A stretch of 63,973 nt of DNA, counting the filler, from Stramenopiles sp. TOSAG23-2 (taxonomy: Eukaryota), in NCBI GenBank assembly GCA_900128395.1. It is 15 parts of 15 records of this genome, joined end to end, with 100 filler letters (N's around TTAATTAATTAA, not from the genome) between each part and the next. Parts side by side here need not be neighbours in the genome. Positions count along the whole stretch, not along the records: positions 8,587 to 12,778 come from LT650965.1; positions 12,879 to 17,065 come from LT650966.1; positions 17,166 to 21,340 come from LT650967.1; positions 21,441 to 25,614 come from LT650968.1; 11 more parts are not named here. One strand, 5' to 3'. Below are positions 11,315-22,109 of the stretch, in pieces. The number at the start of each line of letters is the position of its first letter. Position 1 is the first letter of the stretch. The position numbers were made by a program, and so were the translations under genes. Under the pieces are notes generated by a model. The model was not told the DNA's origin. It did not search any database and saw nothing but the letters and a program-made list of their open reading frames with translations.

Positions 11315-11905
11315 TTATCGAGTATTATGTTTACTTCGACTTGCAATTTTTATTGTTGCTACTGTCATTAACATAGTTCCAACTAATAATCCAACTAAAC
11401 TACCACCACGACCACCAGAATTTGCTTTTATATTTGGACGCCTTTGTACTGGTTGTTTTTTTAATTTTTTTTCAAAATGTCTTTGATGTGCAGTTTGCTC
11501 TCTATTTTTTTTTCTATTTTGTATTATATGTATTCCACTAATATCTTGATAATGGTCGGACTCGAACCCTCCAGCACCATATTTTATATTATATTTATTA
11601 TAATCTGTTTGTGATTGTGCTTGATGAAAATTACCACGTGCACCATAGCCTTGATTTCTATATACAGCTCTTCTGGCATTGGCCCCTCGATTCATTGCCG
11701 TTACACCAGACTTACGATTATATTCCGCTCGTTGTTGAGGGTCCGATAATACTTCATATGCATTATTTACAGTTTGAAATAATTCTGCACTACCATGTTC
11801 TTTATCTGGATGTGTCTCCTTTGCTTTTTTCAAAAACGATGATTTAATTTCATCAAACGAAGCAGTGGTAGGCACATCCAATACTTTATACAAATCATCT
11901 GCCAT
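11315..11905 (-). CDS. DnaJ (J-domain) protein with C-terminal transmembrane anchor
   Basis: DLYKVLDV...HPDK...AYEVLSDPQQRAEY J-domain with HPD; C-terminal hydrophobic helix; ATG at 11905. Confidence 0.9.
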   Translation of the reverse strand: MADDLYKVLDVPTTASFDEIKSSFLKKAKETHPDKEHGSAELFQTVNNAYEVLSDPQQRAEYNRKSGVTAMNRGANARRAVYRNQGYGARGNFHQAQSQTDYNKYNIKYGAGGFESDHYQDISGIHIIQNRKKNREQTAHQRHFEKKLKKQPVQRRPNIKANSGGRGGSLVGLLVGTMLMTVATIKIASRSKHNTR

Positions 11906-11952
11906 TTTCACAACTCTTTTATATATATATATTATTATTATTATCTATACAT

Positions 11953-11985
<33 letters not shown>

Positions 11986-12261
11986 AATGGAAGTTTGTTT
12001 ACGAGTGTGCTATGATATACAAATGCACACTGTCAATATATATATATTTTAAAAAAATAATTATCATCAAAAAAAAATGATGAAAAAAAATTAAAAAAAT
12101 GCGATCTCATTCGTGAAGCATAAAAAACAGTACAAATATTCTGTATACTATACTGTGTTCATATAGGGCGATACATTTTTCTAGGTTCGGTATAATTAGA
12201 AAATAGAGTTTTTTACAACATGCAAGCGATACACAAAAGAAGACTCACACATGTTTAACAA

Positions 12262-12700
12262 CTGTTGTTCCTCTCACTTAAACTCACAATGGTTCCACTA
12301 CGAACATTTATCGAGTCCGTAATATTATTATATATATATACACACTGCATTCCATTTTAAAAACGAAATATCTGTTGTTCCTCTCACTTTAAACTCACAA
12401 TGGTTGCAATGGTTCCACTACGAACATTTATCGAGTTCGTAATATTATTATATATAAATATATACACACTGCATTCCATTTTAAAAACGAAATATCTGTT
12501 GTTCCTCTCACTTTAAACTCACAATGGTTGCAATGGTTCCACTACGAACATTTATCGAGTTCGTAATATTATTATATATAAATATATACACACTGCATTC
12601 CATTTTAAAAACGAAATATCTGTTGTTCCTCTCACTTTAAACTCACAATGGTTCCACTACGAACATTTTATCGAGTTCGTAATTATTATTATATATATAT
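12262..12700. repeat. Tandem array of 110-124-bp units (~3.7 copies)
   Basis: Units start CTGTTGTTCCTCTCAC at 12262, 12372, 12496 and 12620; near-identical throughout with no unique spacers. Confidence 0.92.
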
Positions 12701-13764
12701 CGGGCGACTTCTTACAACAAAAACAGGCTTTATGCCAAGGCTAGGAAAGAAAATTACGACAACGGAGATTGTTCACCANNNNNNNNNNNNNNNNNNNNNN
12801 NNNNNNNNNNNNNNNNNNNNNNTTAATTAATTAANNNNNNNNNNNNNNNNNNNNNNNNNNNNNNNNNNNNNNNNNNNNTGTTAGAGTACTTAAAACTATA
12901 GTATGGAGATTTTTTGTTATTTTCTATAGTATGGTAATTCTCCCTATGAAGTGTTTTTAATATATGGAAATAGCATGTAGAAATTAGCATGGAGATAGTT
13001 CTTTCAACATTTTACTTGTGAAAATGGTGTTTTTCTGACATGTTTTCTGTTTTTCATTTCCTATCATATTTATACTTAATATAGTCCTTTTCATATACTC
13101 ACTAGATTTGTAGTGTTTGATATATTTGATAGGCCAAATTAGGCATTTTTTGTACTTGAGGCAAAATGTACATTTTCCATACTATTCTTCAGACCTTTTT
13201 TTTTTATTTTTATTATTCTAGCCTGGCTAGAATTGCAACTGCAATTATTATGAATCTTTTCTTTTTTTTCTTTATCTTTTTTGCTAAGAATTACTATATT
13301 ATCCTCGAACACACACACACACACATACACACACACACACACGCTACATACAAGTGATTATAAATTATTCTTTTCTATTATTATTTTTTTTAAATTCTTC
13401 CGGAGACACGATATTATACCTTAAAATACGAAAACCCGAAAACCCTTAACCCTTAACAGATCCCAGGGATCTCGATCTAGGTCATCCTGGGCTGGTATTA
13501 TCCTTATGGTATTAATCCATGTAAATATGTAAATACGAGATTGCCAGAGGATCAACGCACCAACATTATTATTGGCCATTTTAGATCTATTATTATTATT
13601 CTAGTAGAATTATTATCAGGGAACTCTGAATGTAGTATTGTACATACTGATTATCATGTAGAATTAAATCGATACACGGTCGATTATATACATACATTAA
13701 ATTATATCAAATTATAGTATATTAATTAGATTAAAATTAGCAAGACAATAAAACAAAAGGAATC

Positions 13765-13797
<33 letters not shown>

Positions 13798-13816
13798 CAC
13801 ACATTTACTTATAATC

Positions 13817-15148
13817 ATGGCTAGTTTTAACACGGTTTGGACGAAAAATACAAATGGTGAATCTTCACAAAAAAAGTGGTCAACAGCAGACAAAGTAAAA
13901 ATGTCAAATAAAACAGCTGGTTTTAAAAATGCAAAAGATACTCGAAATGCTAAGAAGAGCAAAGGGAAAGCTGGTACGTCCGTCAAAGGTAAAACGAAGA
14001 AAGGTGGCGCTGGTAGTGGTGTCCGCTGGGGTAGACCTGGAGATGAAATGGATTATAAAACAATTTTAGATAAAGATGATCCAAATTATGATAGTCAAGG
14101 GGATGATGATACTGCTTTTTTTGTTGGTTCTGGTGATACGGGGACGCATGGATATGGTAGGACATATGAACGCGCAATGTCACCAAAACGCAATAGCTAC
14201 AAAAGTGAGCGAGGCATTACAGCTTCAGCAGCAATAACATTAAAAGAGTTTAAAAAGGAAATTATAAAAGTTTTAGAAGAATATTTTGTTAGTTTTGATA
14301 TGGAAGAAGTTGAACGTAATATGTTTGAAATTAATTGTCCAGAATATCATTACGAATTTGTCAAACGTAGCATTACAATGGCAATGGATAGGAATGAAAA
14401 TGGATGTGAAGTTGCATCTAAATTATTATCATACTTATACCCAAAAGTTCTTACGACGGATCAAATTGGTAAAGGTTTCGAACGTTTATTTGAAGTATGC
14501 GATGATTTATTAATTGATGTGCCAAATGCTGAGAAAATTGTAGCACGTTTCATTGCAAGAGCAGTTGTTGATGAAATTATCCCACCCAAATTTTTGATGG
14601 ATAAAGATGTAATGAAATTAGGCGGTCCAATTATAAAACAAGCGCGTGTTTTACTTAGTATCAAACATGCATCTGCACGCATGACGAAAAGCTGGGGACC
14701 AGGTGATGGACGTTCCGCGCAAGAATTAAAAAGTGAAATTAAAATGATCTTATCAGAATATTTCGTAGCACGTGATTTAAAGGAAACTACTAATTGCATT
14801 ATTTCTTTAAATGCTTCACGTTTTTATCATGAACTTGTGAAACGTGCAGTGATATTTGCAATGTCAAAAAAAGAAGAGGATCAAAAATCAATATCAATCT
14901 TATTTAAACATTTATTTTCATTTGGTGGAATTTCATCTGATCAATACATTATAGGTTTTGCACGGTTATTTGATGAAATCGATGATATTAATTTAGATAC
15001 ACCAAATGCAGGTAAAATATTTGAAGGTTTTGTTTTCCGTGGTATGGCAGATGGTTATTTACCTGATAATTTCATGCTATTAGTTGCTGCAAGTGGTGGT
15101 GATGGAGAACAAATACGTAGATTATATCAAGAATTTGAAGTTTTATAA
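13817..15148 (+). CDS. MA3 (MI) domain translation regulator, PDCD4-like
   Basis: KKGGAG..WGRPGDE...DKDDPNYDS N-terminal motif and two MA3 repeats (EEYFVSFDMEE...YEFVKR; SEYF...HELVKR; LDTPNA). Confidence 0.9.
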   Translation: MASFNTVWTKNTNGESSQKKWSTADKVKMSNKTAGFKNAKDTRNAKKSKGKAGTSVKGKTKKGGAGSGVRWGRPGDEMDYKTILDKDDPNYDSQGDDDTAFFVGSGDTGTHGYGRTYERAMSPKRNSYKSERGITASAAITLKEFKKEIIKVLEEYFVSFDMEEVERNMFEINCPEYHYEFVKRSITMAMDRNENGCEVASKLLSYLYPKVLTTDQIGKGFERLFEVCDDLLIDVPNAEKIVARFIARAVVDEIIPPKFLMDKDVMKLGGPIIKQARVLLSIKHASARMTKSWGPGDGRSAQELKSEIKMILSEYFVARDLKETTNCIISLNASRFYHELVKRAVIFAMSKKEEDQKSISILFKHLFSFGGISSDQYIIGFARLFDEIDDINLDTPNAGKIFEGFVFRGMADGYLPDNFMLLVAASGGDGEQIRRLYQEFEVL

Positions 15149-15933
15149 TCTAAAAAAAATAAAAAAGGAAGAGAAAATGTTTAAAAGCAGGGAAAGTTTT
15201 ATTACGGCGTAATAAAGAAGATTAAATATGTGGCTTTGTGGTTGTCTTGCGCATACTATAATTTTAAACGATAGGGACTGTGTGTCTTTGTGTATTTGTT
15301 TTAATAAAAAATTAATATTCCTTTGTAATACACTGTATTTTAGATATATTAATATATATTGACACCATTCCCCATTCCCCATTATGCCTTGCCTGGGCTT
15401 GCCAGCTTGCCTGGCTTGCCTGGCTTGCCAGCTTGCATGATGCAAGCAAAAAGAATTCTTTTTGATGCAAGTAGTTTTTGTGATCCAGGATTTTTACCTT
15501 AAAAATAACAGGTACAACAAACCCCAAATAGGCCGTGCACAGCATTACGGATTTCTGTTTTGATAGGTTTGGTTAGACTATAAAAGTACAAATAAAAATT
15601 AACGTAATGCTGTGACGCCCTAAAATAAAATGACACTTTAATTTTCCTATCAAATAATTTTCTATCAACTATTAAATATTGAATTATTTATCTCATTTCA
15701 ATTCTTCATTTAGTAGTCTAATAACTATACTTTAAATCCTGGATCGGATCCCATCCATAATTTGCAAAAAAGCTGCCGCCTGGAAAAAAAAAACAAAAAC
15801 AACACACAAAAAAATAAAAAAAAAATAATAGATTCACCACCACTTACACTTGTACATATATGTTTCAACAAAAAAGATATAAATGAAACAAAGAAACATA
15901 TATCACACAATACCCTGCTTGAAAAAATAAATA

Positions 15934-16386
15934 ATGGCATCCATATGGTATAGAAAAACCGCCATCAATCTCATTAAATATCAATATCTCAACTATGTAC
16001 ATATTAGTAATAATAATAATAAAATCATAATACCATTTCAACAACATGTAAAATATTTTTCATTAGACAGAGCAATGGGACATTTATTAAGTGAGTCCAT
16101 GAAAGGTAGTAATAATAAAGAACAACGAAGAAATAAAGAAGATATTGATAAAACTCCATTAGGAAAATTAAGTGCAAAAGTTGATGCACATATGAAAGAT
16201 TTAAATGAATTTTATAATAGAATAAATACAGATGAAGATGTTAAAAAATATACAAAAATGCGCGAACATGCCATAAGTTTAAGAAAAGATGTTGTATTAA
16301 CCCGGGAAGCAATGGGATGGAGAGGAGACCATCATCAATTAGTATCTGAAACATGGCCTTTACCTCCAAAAAAAAATGTAAAATAA
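15934..16386 (+). CDS. Hypothetical protein, possibly mitochondrion-targeted
   Basis: 150-aa ORF; N-terminus lacks acidic residues and ends ...VKYFS like a presequence; no family recognised. Confidence 0.6.
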   Translation: MASIWYRKTAINLIKYQYLNYVHISNNNNKIIIPFQQHVKYFSLDRAMGHLLSESMKGSNNKEQRRNKEDIDKTPLGKLSAKVDAHMKDLNEFYNRINTDEDVKKYTKMREHAISLRKDVVLTREAMGWRGDHHQLVSETWPLPPKKNVK

Positions 16387-16603
16387 ATGCTGTATGTACA
16401 AATGCAGTTTCATATTTTTTTCAAAGTTATATAATATAAATACGATATACGCTCTCGTATCTTTTTGTGATTTTTCTTTTTTTTTTATTTTTAATTTAAT
16501 TTTTAAAACACTCTTGCTCTGTATATGTGTGATTTTTTATGTATGCATATCATAAAATATATATGCATATAAGCTTAATGCACCCAACGAATCAAAAACA
16601 ATT

Positions 16604-17065
16604 TTACACTTTTACTGCAGTAATTAATGCATTTTTCAATCCAGCCAAATCCAATCCACCAACTTTAATATTTTCACGTTTACATAATAATTTCAATGTA
16701 TAAAACATTTTAATTTTATTAATATTTTCAATATATTTATTAACATATGCATCCATTGAACCATTGTAATCAGATAATAAAAGTTCACATTGTTCATTTA
16801 ATGTTTTTTCTTTCAATTGTTCATGATCTTTATTATTGAAAAATTCTTTAACGCGTAATATTGTACTACATGTTAAAGGTACTAAACGTCTTAATTGTAA
16901 CAACGCTCGTAATTTTAAAACAGGTTTTTGCAATTTAGATGCTACATCGTATGCTAAATAATGAGTCTCTGGTAACTTCACATTGGTTTTCAATAACATC
17001 TCTACATATGACCATGCCTTCTTCAATGGATCTTTTTCTTTATACAATGTTAATCCTTTTGGATC
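16604..17065 (-). CDS. NAA15: NatA auxiliary subunit NAA15/Nat1-like, C-terminal fragment
   Basis: Frame open from the contig edge: DPKGLTLYKEKDPLKKAWSYVEML...ETHYLAYDV...K.VLKLRAL resembles the conserved DPxG..L....DPL..A....L...ETHL..F.V C-terminal NAA15 segment. Confidence 0.7.
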   Translation of the reverse strand, partial: DPKGLTLYKEKDPLKKAWSYVEMLLKTNVKLPETHYLAYDVASKLQKPVLKLRALLQLRRLVPLTCSTILRVKEFFNNKDHEQLKEKTLNEQCELLLSDYNGSMDAYVNKYIENINKIKMFYTLKLLCKRENIKVGGLDLAGLKNALITAVKV

Positions 17066-17165
17066 NNNNNNNNNNNNNNNNNNNNNNNNNNNNNNNNNNN
17101 NNNNNNNNNTTAATTAATTAANNNNNNNNNNNNNNNNNNNNNNNNNNNNNNNNNNNNNNNNNNNN

Positions 17166-19272
17166 CTTCCTCCACTATTTGCAGATGATTTTTCATTAGG
17201 TCCACTTGCCCCACTTGGTCCACTACTTGTTTCTTGGTCATGCGAATGATCTTCCGGATGGCTTTTCCCAATAGTTCCACTTCCCCCAAGTTTCTTTCCA
17301 TCTTGGTTATCATCCGTGTTACGATTTGGTACTCCAAAAGGCATATGCCCTTCACGATGCGTTGGTACAATAATATGTCCTTCACGATGAGGATGTGGCA
17401 TGAGAGGTGGCGTACGATGGTGACTACCATCCCCACCACTAGCACCAGGTGGTTGCATTTTCTCTCCTGGACTTTCTTTCTTTGCATCATCTTCTTTCTT
17501 TGGCGCGTCTTTCTTTGCCTTTTCTTCTTTTTCTTTTTCTTCTTTTTCTTTTTCCACTTGTTCCGGTTTCACAACTGGGCCATGATGTTTTGGATGCAAT
17601 GGTTCTGTCTTTTTTTTGATTGTATCTTTGTCTCCATTCTCATTTGTACCACTCGCACCACTCGCACCACGAAGTTTTTTCCCTTGCACTTTATCATTTT
17701 GATCTCCATCTTTCATATTTTGCTGCTGCTGCTGCGGCGGCGGCTTAATATTCTTCTTCTCATCGTCATTATCCTTGTTATTCTCTTTATTGGCATTGTT
17801 ATTATTCTCATTATCACTATTGCCATTTTTGCTACCGTCCTGTCCATCATTATCTTTATTAGGTAACGGTGGTGGTGGTGGTGGTGGTGGCTGCGGAGAC
17901 GATTTTTCACTTGGCGGAATACGTCGGAGATGCATTGGCATCGTTGGCTTCATATTTTGCCCTTTTTGTTGATCTTCATTTGGTCTTCTTTGTTGTTGAT
18001 CAGCATTATCACCATCACCATCACTACCAACGTTTTTTTTTTGGTTTAACATTGTTTTATCATTATTTTGTTGTTGACGATCAGAATTACTTGGATCGTC
18101 GCCAATCTTTCGAACAATAGATGGCGATTGTTGTTGTTGTTGTTGTGGTCTATTATTACTTCCTCCAAAAATTCCACCACCACTACCTGCTGCACCATCA
18201 CGAGTACTTGGATCAGGACCAGGAGGTATTTGCTGCTGCTGTTGTTGTTGTTGTGGTTGTGTACGTTGCATTGCTCCTATACTGCTTCTAGCACTTGGTG
18301 GTGGTGCTACTCGATTCATTTTACTAATTACACCAGCATTGCCAGTACTACTACCTCTTACACCAGCTACCATTTTTCCTTCTTGCTCATTATCTTTTGG
18401 CAATTTACTACCAATTTCACTTGGATTTCCTAAACTAACAACACCTTCTGCTAAAAATTCACCACTATTACCAATTGGTTGTGAGATACAATCATCTTTA
18501 TGTTGATGAATAACTACGCTGCGTCCAACAATATCAGCAATTGTAGCACCAACCATTTTCGAATCGTACATTGCTACACCTAATGCATTTGCCTTTATAT
18601 TTCCTAAATCGCCCATTCTAAATTCAGCTGATATCCCTGGACAACCATGAGGTTTCCTTTTAGGATTTAATATTTCACCAATGTCATTATCAACAGGGTC
18701 AGTATATTGATATACATGAAAACCATATTCATTATTTTTTTTCAAAGATGTCAACTCAGCAACAACTCGAACATTATTTTCTTCCGCGTAGAACCTAACA
18801 ACACCGATAGAAGTTCGTTTCGAATCCCTTAAAAACATGAATGCTTCTGCTGCACCGCCAGATTTCGTGTCTAAAAACATATCTCTACTATGTGCTTGTA
18901 TTTTTGCTTCATATGATTGATATAATAAACCACCTAACGCAGTTGCTAATAATAATGTAATAGAAATAAATACACATGCTATTGTTGCCCATGACGTAAC
19001 ACCGGCGTTACCACCACGTCCAGCAACATTCATTTTCCCTGCAATATCACCACGCCTACTGTTATATTCATAGTAATCTCGCTCCTTTCTGGTACGCGAG
19101 CGTCTATTTGTTCAGCAACATTCATTTTCCCTGCAATATCACCACGCCTACTGTTATATTCATAGTAATCTCGCTCCTTTCTGGTACGCGAGCGTCTATT
19201 TGATGTATTGTCTTTACCACCACCAACACGACGTTTTCGGTTGATACTTGCATGGTCTGATGCACTTGACAT
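17166..19272 (-). CDS. Membrane-anchored Cu/Zn-SOD-like domain protein with long low-complexity tail (3'-truncated; frame interrupted by a 92-bp duplication)
   Basis: YGFHVYQ, NPKRKPHGCP, GDLGNI, GRSVVIHQ..DD, GNSG SOD-fold motifs after a TM helix; removing one copy of the 19021-19202 duplication joins ORF 19030-19272 in frame with ORF 17114-19033. Confidence 0.75.
19021..19202. repeat. Exact tandem duplication, 90 bp x2 (period 92)
   Basis: 19021-19110 is identical to 19113-19202. Confidence 0.95.
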
Positions 19273-20386
19273 ATTTTTTTTGTTTAATTTTCTCTATGAC
19301 TTTCGTCTATATTTAATTATCGTTTTGCACAACAACAAAATAATTTTCTTCCAACTGTGATTGTTTTCTTTTTCTTTTTAATCTATCGTTGTATACTACA
19401 ACAAAACACACACAGAGAGAGAGAGAGAGAGAGACAAATGATTAATATATAACTGAATCTATACTTTAACAGATATATATATGTGTATATACATCTATCA
19501 AACAAACATATAAATTGTATTTTTTACATATTTTTACCAAACTCGGCCATTTATTCACTTATTCACCCCACTATGTGCCTGTTATTATTGCCAGGATTGC
19601 CCAGATTGCTCACCTCAAAAAATTAATAAAATTGGGATGGAGTTAAGTTGCTTAAGTTGATACACAGAGTACAAAATTGCCACAGATTAGCATATAAATA
19701 ATATTAAGTACTATTAATATACTAAATAGGTACAAAAATCACACAAATCGATGAAAAACCTTAATTTTAGCGTACTGTACTTGATTTTTGACCTATTTAG
19801 CATATAAATAAGACTTAATGATATTGATATCCTAATCTGTGGCAGATCATCCTCAGTCAACTTTTCTAATAGTCTAGTTGTATTCTTAGAGTAGTTATAT
19901 GTTCCTAGTTAATATTATTTCTATGGATTATTATATGTGGTATTATGTACATATTATGTGTTATCTGTACCTTAATATTTATATTGTATTGTGTTATGAT
20001 TATTTATAAATGTTTTCTATTTTTAAGTTATTTCTCTGTTTTTTAGTAAGAACCTATTCGTAAGAATGTTTAGGACTTTAATTATAAATGTGTAGGAAAC
20101 AGAATAATAAATAAAGAAAGGAATTATATATCGAATACGAGAGAGTAAAACAATAGAAAGAGGCAGAGAGTGTGTGGGACTTCGTATCACTTTTACAAAA
20201 GATAACTTTTTGGAACACTATATTTTTATTTTATCTGAATATACACACAAAATACGTCTCTACATGTACAACACATATACATCTACTTTTTTCCATTTTC
20301 CCCGCCGCACAAAATTTTAAAATGTGAAATATAAATTATACATCCAAATGCGTTTTTTAAATTATGTTTGTTAGAAAACACACACA

Positions 20387-20616
20387 AAAAATTTACTTGA
20401 CATAAATTTCTACATCATCAACACCCCATGATTGTTTACATGCATCATTTTCAGACATAAAAGCGCCGAAATTAATTTTAACTGTATTACTATTATGTGT
20501 TAAAAATTTACTTGACATAAATTTCTACATCATCAACACCCCATGATTGTTTACATGCATCATTTTCAGACATAAAAGCGCCGAAATTAATTTTAACTGT
20601 ATTACTATTATGTGTT
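20387..20616. repeat. Exact tandem duplication, 115 bp x2, covering a gene 3' end
   Basis: 20387-20501 is identical to 20502-20616. Confidence 0.95.
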
Positions 20617-21320
20617 TGTACAACATCCAACAATTGGCTTAAGCCAGCTTCTGGATGTTTATCACCGCATACATTGATTTTACCAGCATTTGCACCTGGG
20701 GTATCAATCCATGCATATTCATCATTAATTTTTGCATATGCCGTATCACCATCAACCCATTTATCTAGGAAATGAAAACGTGCTTTTAAACGAATTTCAC
20801 TATGAGTTGGTAAATTAGTATATATTTTCTCTGCACCTTTTTTCGCAATGGTTTGCTGACAGTTGCCGCCAAGGAATACGTTGGAGGTACCACATGTCGA
20901 TGTCTCCGCTACGTTCCATCCTTTGGTATCTTGGTTAAAGGTATCGTGTGCAACAATACGCCATTGTTTAGTACCACCTAATACAAGTTCTTGAGCTTCT
21001 AAGAAGCTAACACCTTGTGATGCTTTGTCCGATGAACCAGATAATTCTAAATCTCCTTCAATGATGATCGTGTCACCAGCTTTTGGCGACAATGTACCCG
21101 TTTCTACCACGTCAGCAGTCAACATAGCTGCTTTTACACGCGATGCGGTGACTTCACCTTCAACGCTTAATGTACCAGACACGTTCATAGAACTAGCTTT
21201 AAAACTTTCTGCCGTGAAACTTTTTGTTAATTTCACATCCCTATTCAATACAACATTTTGTGTTGTAGCAGCATATGCTGCGTTAACTATTAATAACAAT
21301 GCTATTGATGCACGAATCAT
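20508..21320 (-). CDS. Secreted protein with a Trp/Cys-containing beta-rich domain of a protist family
   Basis: Signal peptide; QWRIV.HD.F...GW...STCG...FLGG...LPTH..IR...FHFLDKW...NVCG...SWGVDD motif series. Confidence 0.75.
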   Translation of the reverse strand: MIRASIALLLIVNAAYAATTQNVVLNRDVKLTKSFTAESFKASSMNVSGTLSVEGEVTASRVKAAMLTADVVETGTLSPKAGDTIIIEGDLELSGSSDKASQGVSFLEAQELVLGGTKQWRIVAHDTFNQDTKGWNVAETSTCGTSNVFLGGNCQQTIAKKGAEKIYTNLPTHSEIRLKARFHFLDKWVDGDTAYAKINDEYAWIDTPGANAGKINVCGDKHPEAGLSQLLDVVQTHNSNTVKINFGAFMSENDACKQSWGVDDVEIYVK

Positions 21321-21661
21321 GGTGTGTGTTTTATATATAANNNNNNNNNNNNNNNNNNNNNNNNNNNNNNNNNNNNNNNNNNNNTTAATTAATTAANNNN
21401 NNNNNNNNNNNNNNNNNNNNNNNNNNNNNNNNNNNNNNNNATGAAAGTTCGTACGTACGAGAGAGTGGGGATATTTTTTCTGCGTTTTAAATCATCAAAT
21501 CATACGAAGTAACTATGTCCAGGGGAGCAAATATATAAATGTATATATATGTACATGTACGTACGAAGTATATACGGAGATTCGTATTATATTTAGTATG
21601 ATAGTAAAAATAAGAAAAAGAAAAATCATATTTTTAAATATGATAAAATTAAATATTCGTA

Positions 21662-21892
21662 GTTGTTGTTCACAGCAGGATCTTTCACTTTGACAGCCTC
21701 ACCACTTCCCGAGTGAATCCGACGTCCAGCGCGTTCAACGACCGAATACATGGAAGGATAGAAACCTACTCATGCTTGTATTATAGATAGTATTAGTTTG
21801 CACACGTGCATTAGAGCTTTACTATATCATAGTAGGATTGAATATTATTCCTGAGATAGAGTATTGAGCAATTAGTATTTACCATGGGAAGT
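21662..21892 (+). ncRNA. Candidate structured non-coding element, copy B (homolog of 8174-8392)
   Basis: Homologous to the reverse complement of 8174-8392; long-range stem ACTTCCC (21704-21710) / GGGAAGT (21886-21892); inner CCTACT/AGTAGG stem. Confidence 0.45.
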
Positions 21893-22109
21893 ATGATACG
21901 GTTCGTAAAAATTATTTTTAAATATTTTTACGAGCGTACATAATTCGTATATTTGAATATATGATGCACTATCAGTAGATTATATATTTATCATATATAT
22001 AATATATATATGATAAATATATATTGTAGTTAATATATATAATACGTCGTACTCGTATAACTTAGATTTTAACCAAATCTTACGGCTTCGTATATTATAT
22101 TCGTTAAAA

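Noticed and set aside
12262-12700. CRISPR-like array
   Set aside because: Whole units are near-identical with no unique spacers, there are no cas genes, and the context is eukaryotic
21662-21892. U3 snoRNA, SRP RNA, 5S rRNA or tRNA identity for the structured element
   Set aside because: CAGGATCTTTC resembles U3 box A and TGAACGCGC resembles part of 5S, but the other boxes, SRP helix-8 motif, cloverleaf and B-box are not conserved in both copies
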